64,000 bases of DNA from Azolla caroliniana (taxonomy: Eukaryota > Plantae > Polypodiophyta), in NCBI GenBank assembly GCA_043228905.1, contig JBHGNT010000004.1, positions 1,054,001-1,118,000 on the forward strand, written 5' to 3'. Positions within the stretch are counted from its first letter, which is position 1; every line of letters begins with the position of its first letter. Of the stretch, positions 51,859-64,000 are shown one piece after another. The position numbers and the translations under genes are program-made. The notes beneath the pieces were generated by a model. The model made no database searches and had not been told where the DNA came from. It saw only the letters and a list, made by a program, of their open reading frames with translations.

Positions 51859-53599
51859 TTAGCATCACATTTTAAAATTAATTGAAAATATAATATAAGC
51901 AAAAGAGGATTCAAAATTCCCCTTTTCTTATATTTGTTATCTTATGTTCTTGGTCGTGTCCTCCTCTACATGTGACCAAATGTCAAGCAAGATCACGCCC
52001 TTGATCTTGTCATTGCAAGCATGTTTCTTTCCTTCGCTCTCTTGAACATTTTTTTCAATCTATGTCTCTCTCCCTCAAACATAAAACACGTATACAGAAA
52101 TTCATAAATACACATATACACACAATATGGGTTAACTTTCATTAATCCTAAACCCTTATACCTATTTTAGAGAGAGATAGAGAGAGACCTATCTCCCACA
52201 ATCATAGTGTGCACTCTTGATGGTGACATTCATTACTACATATATTGAACATCGAGAATTGCTACTAACTTTCACATGTATTACATGAAAATGATATATT
52301 TGTGGTCTCATTAGTCATATTTGACCTCCAAAGACAGTGATGCTAAAATCTATTTATCTATCCCTCACATACAAACACCGTGACAATTTGAAATACTTGA
52401 TGTCCCTAGTGCCAATTACAATAGCAAGGATCTTATTGCAAGGTAGACCCTCTAATGTGTTATATGACTAAGTTGCATATGTGTTTGTGTACCTCAACTA
52501 AAATTGTTGTGTAGACAAACATTCTCAAACATTGTGTTGAGGTTTAAAACCTCATCTAGAACAATCATCCATAGCTCATTGATAACCATCATGTTGATGT
52601 TTAAAAATCTCAACCATAATTACCATTATGAGGTCATTGATAACCATCACGTTGAGATCAATCCCAAACGTCATATGGAATATCAACATGGTGATCATGT
52701 AGAACTTTAGGAATCATCGTGAAGAAAAAGACAACAACTCTCATAGTGGTGAGACAGTGTGGCAACATAAAATACAAATAAAAAAGGAGAAGAAAACTAC
52801 ACTACATATGCTCACAATATGTATAGTAAAACACTTTCTCTCTTGAGAAGAGTTTGTGGTACTTGAGTTTAGGAGCCCTCATGCATATACCGAGGATGGT
52901 GCATTGCTTGAACAGAAGGCATTGATAAAGAGATCAATCTTTCATTAGACCAACTAACCAATGACAAATGCCTTGAAATACTAGTCAAGATCCTATCCAT
53001 CCTCAAAAAAATGTATAGGTTCCCAAAAATAGCTCGCTAGTATGGGTAGAGATGTTGAATGTGGAAATACCCAAGGCCCATAAATACCAAAAATGTACGA
53101 GTGCATTCATCAACCAACAACCAAGCCTAAATTTGGCAACGCTTCTACTACTTACCATGGGAAACCACCAACAATATCCCAAACCACTAGCATTCCACCA
53201 ATCACCCACGCACATACTCAACACAACATGAACATAGCACTTAACAATAGTGAAGAGGAAGAGGAAACAAAAGTTTCACAAAAGTAAAAGCTCTTGTAAA
53301 CATATCACTTTCATACCCAAGTCTCAACTTGGAAACGGTGAATTACGTCCAAAACTAAATGAAATCCAACCGCACAGAACACTCCCACCCCACTTAACTG
53401 CTTATCCAAATCTCCATCTTGAAATATGTAAAATACAAAACAATTCTCACCTCATTGATGATGAGCAACATGCACATTACTAGTATAAGGGAAACCAAGA
53501 TGGTGTGAATTTTAGCGAAGCAAGAGCTAATGTTCTTCTTTTTATCTTACCTCTTGCTACACACAATACATACAAACGAGTTGGAGGCCAAAGTGGACA

Positions 53600-53920
53600 C
53601 TAACCATTGCGACGATCAAGCATAAAACATTGGAAATAATGTGGCGTTGTGATGATCTCATGACACCTAAAACATTCTAGCTACATTACTTCCTAACAAT
53701 TGCGATGATCAAGCAAAAAACATTGGAAATAATGTGGTGTTGTGATGACCTCATGACACCTAAAACATTCTAGGTACATTACTTCCTAACCATTGTGACA
53801 ATCAAACACGTAAAGCATTGGAAGTAATGTGGCGTTGCGATGATCTCATGACGCCTAAAACATTCTAACTACATTACTTCCTAACCATTGCGATGATCAA
53901 ATACCTAAAGCATTTTAGCT
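53600..53920. repeat. ~94-bp tandem repeat (3.3 copies) with internal inverted repeats
   Basis: Units start at 53600, 53693, 53786 and 53881; ggaa(a/g)taatgtgg pairs with ctacattacttcc in each unit. Confidence 0.9.
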
Positions 53921-54339
53921 ATGATTCGAGGGAGATTGAAGGCCAAGGTATTTGAAGCTGTCAATGGTTTCAAGTGGCTCATGCTTATACGTAAAGCATG
54001 GTTTATGCTTTTTTTGATGCTTCATTAGGATGATTCTCGTGAAATGGAAGGCAAGCAAATGAGTGCCTCATGGATCAACACGTTTGGTTGGTCGTGAGCG
54101 GACTGATTTGTGTGATGGCGAGGCTAAAGAGGAAGATAACAATTGGCAACATTTAAACAATTAAATTGTTAAAATCGTGGTTTCGGATTTCAATTTAGGT
54201 CAAAATTCAAAATTTCAAATTTAAATTAAAAAAAAATAAAATATTTTCATTATTTCAAAATTTAAAGATTTTTCCTAAAATCTGAGAATTAGGCTTAAAA
54301 ATGAAAAGGGTTGTTAAAAAAAAAAAAAAAAAACAACAA

Positions 54340-54455
54340 CTACCAACCAAACAAAACCATCAAATTGTTTAAACCGTTTAACCACGGGTTCAAACCATTT
54401 TTAACCGAACCGAACCGTTAAACCATAGTTTCGTGGTTCGGTTCGGTTCAGGTTG
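54340..54455. mobile_element. Remnant subterminal region of a hAT-type MITE similar to 19488-19953, upstream of the HUA2-like gene
   Basis: aaccgaaccgaaccgttaaaccatagtttcgtggttcggttcggttc parallels the right end of the 19.5-kb MITE; no intact TIR pair or TSD found. Confidence 0.5.
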
Positions 54456-55539
54456 TTAAAGGAAGAAGCAGATTCTAGCACGTGTGTACACACAAATGTT
54501 GGTTCATTCGTGAGGGTCAGACAAACTCTCTAACGGCGACGTCAAAGGATAACGTTCGTCGTTAAAGGTTAACCAGGCCAGGGTGGGTTAGAATTTAACC
54601 CTAGTTAAAAAAAAAAAGACGAGGATGTTTTTTGGCACCTGTGTCCGTCTCACGCTTGTCGTGGACGCTTCTCTTCTCCATTTCTTCTGTTTCAGATCGA
54701 TTTCAGAAGAACGATCCGATCGATCCTCTTTTCCGCGTGATTCTTCTTCTTCTTCTTCCAGGGATTGTCTCTGAGAGAGAAAGGGAGTCTTCATCGAGAA
54801 GAAAGTACCTTTCTCCCCCTACAGTAAAGCTTTCATGGAAACATTTGGACCGGTAACTTCCAGCATATACTCTCTTTTTTTTTCTCATTGAAATATTTGA
54901 GCTTGTTTCCCTAGTGTAGCTTTGATTGTCGGATAAGGTCCTGCCTAAACTTTGCTCTTTCTTTGTAAATTTTCCTATGAAAACATTCTATTCCGTCTTC
55001 TTAAAGAAAGTTGATGTTGTTCCAGTAGTTTTCTTGAAATATTATGAAGTGTTCATAAATCTAACAACTAAACTGTGCATAAATTCTGTTTTATTCCATC
55101 ATTTTCTCCTGTAATTCAGGTCTCTTTTCTCAAATCTTGAAGTTTCTTCATTAAATTTTCCGTGTCATCATTTTTTCAGGTCAATTGAACATAGATATTG
55201 TTTCTTTCCATGTTTGACTGGAGTATTTAGGCTTCTTATAGAAAAATTTGATGTTTTTTCAGTAAAAATTTCGTGCAATGATGTACAGATGATTTCATGA
55301 AAACATTCCAACAGGCAAATCCTGCTGTTTTCCATGCTTTTTCGCTGGGAACTCAGGCTTCTTATCACAAATCTAGATGTTTTGTGGGAAATTTTTGACA
55401 GGTAACTCCAGAAAGATTTGAACAAAATTTCATTTATTTTCTTTTTCTAGTTTTTCTCTGAAAATTCAGGCTTCTTATTGGAAATGTTGACGCGTCTTTC
55501 ATCTGTAGGGAATTTTGAGCTCAGAAATTCCGGGAATTC

Positions 55540-58500
55540 ATGGCTCCCTTTCGAAAGAAAGGTGTTAGGGTTGCAACTGCATCAAACTGTGTGTGGAATA
55601 TTGGTGATCTGGTTCTTGCGAAGGTGAAAGGACATCCATGGTGGCCGGCAAGAGTAAGATTTTGATATGATCTTTGTGTTAACCCTAAAGTTTAGATTTC
55701 TTTTGCAGCGTGAATGTTGCATCTGAAGCTAGATGTTTGAAGCATTGAAAGTTGATAGGAAATATGCTCAAAATGATGCATTGAGAGTTGGCAGGATGGA
55801 AATTTGAAGCATTAGCTGAGAGGATCGAAAATTGTATGGAGGTTCACGAGTTGAAAGATTGGAATTTAATATTGTGGGCACTTGAATGGAGCATCATGAA
55901 TCGATTGGGAAGAATCTTGAATAGAAGGACGTGAATTGATAGGGCAGAAACTTGATTGAACATTGGAAGTTGATAATATAGAACTTTGAATGAAGTGCCA
56001 ATGGGTCAAATTCTGTTTGCCTGAAGTGTCAGAAGATTTTAGGGCAGAAAACACGAGTAAAGCTGATACAATGGAAAAAGTGAAAAACAGAAAATTGAAG
56101 GAAGCATTGAAGCCAATAGGGTGGATACTTTAATTGAAAATTATGATTTGATAGGGCAGAAAATCGAATGAGACATTTAAAGTAGAGATGCAAAAACCTG
56201 AATCAAGTATCGGTAGTTGACAGGACAGAAAATTTGAAGTATTGAAAATTGATAGGGTAGAAAATTAAATGAATGTGTCACCTCAAGGTGTCTCACTCCG
56301 AGGGCACGCCAATATGCTCCATGAGGGGTTCCCTCCCCTTGTTGGAATCGTTGGCCAAAGAGTCCAGACCTGGTGTATACACTTTAGGTGGTGAACCTGG
56401 TGAGAATGGTTGTCGATCATCCTCGAGCGACTAGTATTGTGTATCCTAACTTGGTGAACTCCTACTTACCGCCCTCACAAATACCACTTTAACAGGAAGC
56501 TAACTAAAACTTAATAGAAGCTGATAGAAGCTTTAGCATTAGCTAGATTAAGACAGGTACACAAATGCACAAAATATCATGTTAAACACACCTCAACACC
56601 ATTAAGTTATCACAACCTAACGCATACAATAGAAAGAGTGATTAATGCTTGGGTTAGGAGGTCTCGCAGTGATCACTCATTAATGTGAAGGGCGAGTCAG
56701 AGGGTAGAGAAAGCTCTAGCTCAAGTTACAAAGGGGGCTTTAGCCATAAGTTTATGGACGAAGCCAAAAAAGTCACAAAAAGTGGCTAAACCCTTTTGTT
56801 AGTCTTCCCCTGTCTTTGCTGGTGCTGCGGTTGTTATGAGTCATATGTTGAGTGCGGTATGGCAGGGGCTTAATAATGAATCATTGGGGGTATGAAGGCC
56901 CTGCGATTCATGAATCTATCATGGTTAACCAAAATTTTGGAAGCTAAATTGAGGTTTTTTAAAGACACTTACTAGTTCTTGGTCCCATTTGATGATTATA
57001 AAGTCAAATTTATCAAATTTAGATGGAACGCATTTTGATCTTCTTGAAGTTCTGGTGACCAAAATGATTTTGATCCCTGTTGTAATGGACCATTGAAAGC
57101 TGATATGTCAGAAATTTGAATGATGAATCCATCCCAAGCATGATTAGTTAAATGAATTGTTCAACGTGAATTTAGGAAATTCTTTACCATTGCCTACCCA
57201 CTTTGATGGCATGATGTCTAGTTTGTAAGTCAAACATTTGATGATCTGTGCTTGAAATAATATGAACAGAAGTGTCTGATTACAGGTGAGTGAACCAGAA
57301 AAATTTGGCCATCCAAAGGATCATCGGAAAGTATTTGTTTGCTTCTTTGGAACTCAACAAATGTGAGTGACTTCATGTTTTGTCTTTATCAGCATTTGTT
57401 ACTCAATGTGCACACACATCGTATGTGCATATATATATATCTGAATGCACATTACATATATATCTAAATATATGTAGTGTATAAGTAGCACTTACATATT
57501 CTAGAGTTCAAGAACATCTGGTAACTAATTCTCTTCATATCAATAATAATGATGAATGACATTTAAATCACAACACGATCATGCCATTTCTTATTCCTTG
57601 CTGCACCATGTTCACCCCTCTCTTTTTCTTTAGAGGATCTGTTCAACCAGTAGATGTGAAGGCTTTCACTGCAGATACAAAGAGAATTCTGGTGGAGAAA
57701 ACATCACTCAAAAATACTATTTCAGATTTTAGTCGGGCTGTAAAAGAAATTTGTGAAGCAGATCAATGCTTGGCCGTTGACAAAAATGTTGACAGTCGGA
57801 AAACTGACCAAAGATTGGAGATTGAAAATAATGAGTTCATACTCGTCGATGATGATCACAAGAAGATCAAGGAAGATGAAGATGATGATATTTTGAAAGA
57901 GGCACTAACAGAACTAAAAGAAGGCCAGAGCTTTGATGGTTGTGTAAGGAGAATCTTTGATGAGGAAAGCCAGAGTAATAAGAAGCATAGAAAAATGGTC
58001 TCACATGTTGATGGTTTGAAAATGAAAGATTCATCTGCTATATACACTAAGAACATGCTCTCCCCAAATATGAAAGACCTGGCTGATGAAGCAAGCTTAC
58101 GTCTGTCTGGAAGCGACTCAAATTTTTACAGGAATAAGATGTCTCTTGAGAAGTTTGGTGAATCTAATGGTCATAAACTAGCCTCTAGTGAATCACAATC
58201 TTCTAAAAAATTCAAAGAGCAGAGGAAACTTGAGGTCAGGAATGCAGAAGACCAACAATCAGCTAGATCAGAGGCACAGGATCAATTAGCCATTGTGGGA
58301 TACCAAAGGCACAACAAAACATCAACTTCCTTATACAAACAAGCACAGCTGAGTTCACAGGTATGTTGCTTGTACCTATCATTAGATTCCATTCCCCTTT
58401 GCTTTAAGAATTCGCTTTTTTTACACTACCTGTGTAATCCTTTCTTCAGCTTTTTATTGTTTTACTTTTGTCAAAAGGTGAGTGGAAATACTGCAAAATA

Positions 58501-61500
58501 TAATGGTTCTGACACATACGAGGCCGAATCCAAGACCCAAGGCATATCTTTGCATGACTCTGTAAAACATCAGAGTCCTGACAGCTCGTCTTTGAGAAAA
58601 AACAAGAGTATAAAGAATACATTTAAAAAACCTTTGGGAATTAACTCCCCTACGGGGTTTGATCTAAAAAGGACCAAGGGGATTGCTTTGGATAGATCAA
58701 GTGGTTTATTATCTGGCTCAGATGATAAATCCAGATTTCCTTCTCAGAGAGACATTAGTCTTCCTCCAAAGGCTGAGAAATATCGCATAAGGAGCACTGC
58801 TGATGGAGAGACTACACTCTCACCATTTAATCACAGGCAATGGGCACTTGCAACAATTAATCCATGCGCATCTGAGGTTTCATCATTGGTTGAAATTTCG
58901 AGTGCAAGAAACACTGACCTTGTCAAGGGTAATGAAGCTGAAAAATATAGTATCGTAAAGGGTGCGAAGGTGATATCGTCGGATAACTTTGTCTCCCAGA
59001 ATTCATTGAAAAGATTTCATGGCCCTAATTCAGAGGCACAGGCTATGCATAAAAAAACCAATAGTCTACAGATACACAATCTTATGAGTTCAGAGCTTGC
59101 TATTGCAAAGTCTGAGAGAAAACTTAGCATGGGTGGAAGTGAGTTGAAAGTGAAGCAGTACAGTGAGGTTGCAGTATCTCTGAAGAAATTGGAAACTGGA
59201 AAAGTTGTAGAAAGAAGGATCAACTCTATGGATAAATCTGAGAGCAAGTCTAGAGCGATGTCAAAGAACATTCCTCATCATGATGAGAGTTTTGAGGAAG
59301 TTGCACATGAAACAATACGAACACATCAGGATCAAGTAGTGAAGCAACCAATTGTAAGCCAATTTGGTGCGACTATCATGCCAACGATGCCATCAGATAC
59401 AAAACCAACAATGAATGATATCAATAATTCAGGCCTAAGAGGTCCATCTGAGAATTTGGGTGCTTCTAAAGTGCAATTAGAATCCAGTACTAACAAAGTC
59501 AGGGCAGCGTAAGTAATCATTTCAAAATTTCATCCTCACCTTATTTATTCCAGGGACAAAGAAAATTCTCCTATGTGCCTGAGTTTTTGTTATTTCCCCA
59601 AATTTCCTTGCAAAACCATCGAAAGATTGGAGCAACAAGATTTTCCGCGTGACCAATTATATGCTCAACTCATCCCATGACAATGTTTTGGGGTTTTCCC
59701 AGGGACATTCGGGGAAAAGCAAACACTCGCAGCATTCAGGGGAAATAAAGAAAAACCTGGTATTTCAGAGTTCTACCCGTAATTATGTTCACTTTATTTT
59801 TGAATCTATGCAGGGTAGAAGCTGCTAGAGAGAAACAGAGACGACTTGCTGCATCTTCGAAGGTCCTGAAGATGAATAAATTTTCAACTGAAGTTATTTC
59901 TAGTCCTTCTGCAGAGACAACCCCTGCCACTGATTCACCTGCTCATTGGCAAGCCCAACATTCTGGTGATTTCCTGCATGTTCCTCAAGATGTTTCAGGT
60001 GAGATTGTGGGAACAAGTGTCAAGAGAAGAGACCTTAGAGTGGAGGCATGCGAGGACACAATTAATAGTCCAAGGGAGGCCGTCCTTGCTGAAGAGCAGA
60101 TGGAAGCATTGGTTGCTAGAGACACTTTTGAAGGAATGTTAGAAACATTATCACGAGCCAAAGATAGCATTGCACGTGCTACACGTCATGCTCTTGATTG
60201 TGCAAAATTTGGTATTGTTGATCAGGTATTTTTTCCACTAAAGGGTTATTAGTTCCATTTATTCAAACGATTTGATATTTTTTATCCAAACCTTATGAAC
60301 TTTATATTTTGTTGATGATTTAGCATCCATCTACTGTAGCTGCAACTAAGCTATATGTAAATATATTATATATCTACTTGGTCTTCCAAAAGAGCTATGA
60401 AAACAGCTGTAAAAATCAAGCACTGTCATTATTACAGCTGAGGGTTTTTTCCTCCTGATAGTGAGGATTCTTTTGAATCCAAAGTACTCCTTGTTCTTGT
60501 TGTCCAGCTAAATATGTGCATCTTTCATATTTCACACTGACTGGGAACTGAAATATCTCCAATTGTACATTAAAGCAAGCTCCATCAGCCATATTATGTG
60601 AAACCAAATAACTGGCTGATTTACGTTCTGTTAGTAATTTGAATATCTCATCTAAATTCTTCCCCATTTAGAGTTTTGCATTACCTTCATAGGAGTCATT
60701 CCAAATGGTGCACTATGCAGAAGCTACTATGATAAGGTGCACATTATTAAGTACAAACTTTTGTATTTATCAGTAGGTTTCTTTCTGAATTTCAGGTTCC
60801 ATATGGTAGTTGATTGTTCTTGGGTGATTAATTGCCTATTGGTTATTTTAAACTTTCTCTAGTATTGGGTTCCTTCCCGATTTTCAAGATTCCCATGTTT
60901 TGTTGTTCTCGAGTCATTAATTTCTGTCATTTGGGTTTCTTTTTTAATTTGAAGGTCCACACGATTTGGGTTTAATCTGTCTTTACCATGATTGTAATAA
61001 GATTATCACTGTGTTTGAATTTGAAACAGATTGTAGACATCATTGTACAGCGACTAGAAAAGGAGCATAGTCTGAGTCATCGATTAAATTTGTTTTATCT
61101 TGTGGATTCTATCACACAGATTTCCAGGAATATGGAGGGTACGTTCCTTCTGTACAAAATTTCTGTTTGTATTATTAAGTTGTACTAATGCGAATAATGC
61201 TCAGGTTTGTCAGGAGCAATTTATCGTTCTGCTGTGGAGGGTTCATTATCCAGAATATTGCATGCAGTTGCACCTCAAGGAAGTTCTGCCCAGGAGAATC
61301 GGTTGCAGTGTTTGAAGGTGAATAGTGATGTGTTTCTCTTGTTTCTTACAATATTCACTATCATTTTGTTCGCACTTGAAGGCATCGCATCCATAAGCAT
61401 TTCAGTACATTTTTTCAATGTTAAGATATCAGTTTGTAATGACAGAATTACATTAGAGCATGCAGTGTGTCTATATGGAGCTGTAATTATTATTGAATGA

Positions 61501-63939
61501 ACCTTTCCTTACATCTTAATAAGTAGCGATTGTGCTGGTATGCTTGAGAACGAAATCAGTAGAACACTGCTCAAATGAGTCTTTCAGTTACAGTTGCTTG
61601 TGAGCTTTTTTAAGCAAGTTTTTGGAAACTATCGACTGTTTTGTACTCATGAATGAGGTTGCTCAATCACATGGAAGCAAGCACATGATAAATTGCTAAA
61701 AATCAATATGTCCGCCTCTTGAAATCAAATCTGTGAAAAGTTGATGCAAATCAATGCAATATATTTGAGCTTCATAAGTCTTCAGTGAGGTTAGTTCTAT
61801 GCATTCAAATTGTGGGTCATTGCAATGAAAAAAGTTCGAAGCATTGTTCAGGTGCAGTTATCACTATTTGCAGATTTAATCTTATCCTATATGACTGCTT
61901 CCATTTTGGTATTGCAGCCTTTACAAGCTTGATGACAACCTCACCATTTTCTATGCAATTGTAAATTGCTAACTAGAATTGCAGAGTTTTCTTAGAGTTT
62001 GCTTCGTATACACTACTAAATCACAGATATGTCAGTACATGCCTTGTGAAAGCTTAATGAGCTCTATTTGCAAGGAAAAAGTTCCATTGCTTTTCTAGTT
62101 GAGACATTATTATAACATTTTTCTCTATGTTTCCAGGTTTTACATATCTGGATTGATCGGCAAGTTATGGAAGAGTCAGTTTTACGCCGGTATGTGGATG
62201 AGTTTGAGTGTCAGAAGATTGACAACAAGGCATGCAGCATCTCACTTAGAAAGCCCACACGCTTTGAACGCGCTGTAGATGACCCGATCAGGGAGATGGA
62301 AGGAATGTGTGTTGATGAGTATGGAAGGTGAGAAAGAGGAAGAGTTTAAAGAGTTTCTGAAGCATAAGTAGATGTGTCATATTCGTTATCATCTGGAATT
62401 GAAATCCTAATAATAACGTTATCTTAACAGCAATGCAGCTTTTGGGCTGAATGGGTTCCTTAGCTCTTGCATGTTCGAGGATGATGTTGATTCTCCTGGT
62501 ATTATAAAACAGGGTGGAGGTTTCTTGTCGACTACAACAACTATTGAAGTAGTAGAGAAGCCTCTGGAAGGGACTCCTGATAAACACAGACATATTTTGG
62601 AAGATGTTGAGGGTGAACTAGAGATGGAGGATGCATGTCCTGAGTCAATTGTAAGAATAGATTCTTTTCAAGAAAGAGAATCAATTCATGATGATTTACA
62701 TCTTCCACCACTTCCTCCTGATGATCCACCCTCATCACCTCCACCATTACCCTCATCACCACCACCGCCACTGCCACCATCTCCTCCACCGACATCTCCA
62801 TTATCTCCACCACCACCGCCACCACCATCACTACTGCCGCCATATTCTTCGTTTGTTGTGCATTCATCAGGTCACTCATTCGGAAATTTAACCCCTTCTG
62901 AACTCTCACCTACGATGGAAGCACCTAGCTTTGTTAATAATTTAGTGTGTAGAGAACAAGAAAATGCTATGTCTATAATGGGAAACTATAATGGTCACAG
63001 TGTAACTGATGATGAGGCATATATGCTCAAGTTTCATCATCAGCAATTTCACCCTGTGCAAAACCCCTTGCCATTGCATAAGAATCCTTCACATAACTCT
63101 CCAGTACAGAGAGGAACATATGTTTCTCAATTTCATAATTCTAATTCTGGTTTGCACAATATATCAGAAACTCACCAGACTCATCATGGAACTGTATACT
63201 ATCAACCACCCTATTCACAGGTCCCTTTACAACCTTCTATATCTCCCAGGATACTTCGTTATGGGAACCCAAAATCTATGCAGGATTATTCTTCCCTTTC
63301 TACCGAGGGAGGTAACAGATTGTTGCATGTAAAACATGGTCATCGTCATCCATATAATGACCTTAGCAGTGAAAGGCTTGAGGGGAATATTTCGCCTGAT
63401 AGAGGTAAAGTTTATCATATTATGATTTTGTTATATTGAATCTCTCAATTAACCATTGTTAACAAACAAAAATTCCTAAAATTTCTCAGAGCAACCCCTG
63501 AAAGTGTTATATGAGCAACTGTATGAGAAATCTCCTTTTTGTGAACTTATGTGCTATTTGAGCAATTGAATGTTTAATTCATCCTCTTTCTTTCTCTTTC
63601 ATGCATTGACCAACGATGTTTGGCGGAGTAATAGAACTTCAGGGACATTCAGAGAAATAAGGAAAACTCAGGCATTTCAGAGTCTTTACCTAGACTATTT
63701 GTATTTATGGATTTTGGGCTTGTGCTGGTGCAGGACAAAATCATGATACAATGCATCACAACTGGAGGAACCATTCACATGGGAAAACTTTGGGTATGCA
63801 GCAGTCAGAATCTGTAATAGCAGTAGGAAGACCTATGGCATTAGTAGGAAACAATGAAAATCCAAATGCAATATATTCAACAAACAAACAAGGAATAGGT
63901 GGGGGTTCAATTGTTAGTGTGACAAGTAAGTTGACATGA
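55540..63939 (+). CDS. HUA2: HUA2/HULK-family protein (PWWP domain, CID/RPR domain, proline-rich C-terminus)
   Basis: Exons 55540-55653 (IGDLVLAKVKGHPWWPAR), 57286-57362 (VFVCFFGTQQI), 57634-58360, 58478-59508, 59814-60225 (FEGMLETLSRAKDSIARATRHALDCAK), 61030-61138 (LFYLVDSITQ), 61205-61317 (ENRLQCLK), 62137-62327 (ERAVDDPIREMEGMCVDEYGS), 62431-63404 (HRHILEDVEGELEMED, poly-Pro), 63734-63939. All phases are compatible. Probable 5'UTR exon ~54640-54852. Confidence 0.95.
55690..56272. repeat. Degenerate ~35-bp minisatellite (tgaagcattgaaagttgatagggcagaaaat) in the first coding intron of HUA2
   Basis: More than 10 recurrences of tgaa..cattg(a)aa.ttgatagg..agaaaat. Confidence 0.7.
56276..56900. 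mobile_element. Probable LTR-like insertion (higher GC, begins TGTCAC) in a HUA2 intron
   Basis: Abrupt compositional change at 56276 that ends the minisatellite, with an LTR-like TGTCAC start; no CA end or TSD identified. Confidence 0.3.
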
Positions 63940-64000
63940 TCATTGTCTCACTTACGGAAAATATTTTATCTATTCGGTGGTTCTAATTGAAATGTATCTT

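Noticed and set aside
53600-53920. CRISPR-like repeat/spacer appearance
   Set aside because: Whole units repeat with no unique spacers, no cas genes, eukaryotic context.
62541-62909. Val/Met-rich minus ORF and His-rich alternative frame
   Set aside because: Shadow frames of the HUA2 poly-proline exon.

Overview
Eukaryotic, AT-rich land-plant genomic DNA. The retroelement types suggest a fern or other seed-free plant, which is inference. Five spliced protein-coding genes are supported. (1) A kinesin-7/CENP-E-like gene on the - strand, ATG 19077, running off the left edge. (2) A divergently transcribed HR-like lesion-inducing (DoxX-like) membrane protein gene, +, 20534-22928. (3) A large disordered RGG/RS-rich protein gene with PIKKR and WDLNTxM motifs, +, ~31076-34758. 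(4) A TOM2A/TET18-20-type tetraspanin gene, -, 48046-36739, with a clear U12-type intron. (5) A HUA2/HULK PWWP-CID gene, +, 55540-63939. Two copies of one Ty1/copia family sit antisense in introns. One is full length with TSDs (40557-46179). The other is internally deleted and carries a nested foreign LTR (12490-16015). There are also LINE remnants, a hAT MITE in the bidirectional promoter and many tandem repeats. The most notable observations are: the same -1 frame break at an A-run between integrase and RT in both copia copies; degenerate splice-junction or minisatellite arrays in the 5'-most introns of four genes; an out-of-phase strong donor in the tetraspanin; a tRNA-derived tandem array; and a repeat made of nested hairpins. 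Exon coordinates were read by eye.
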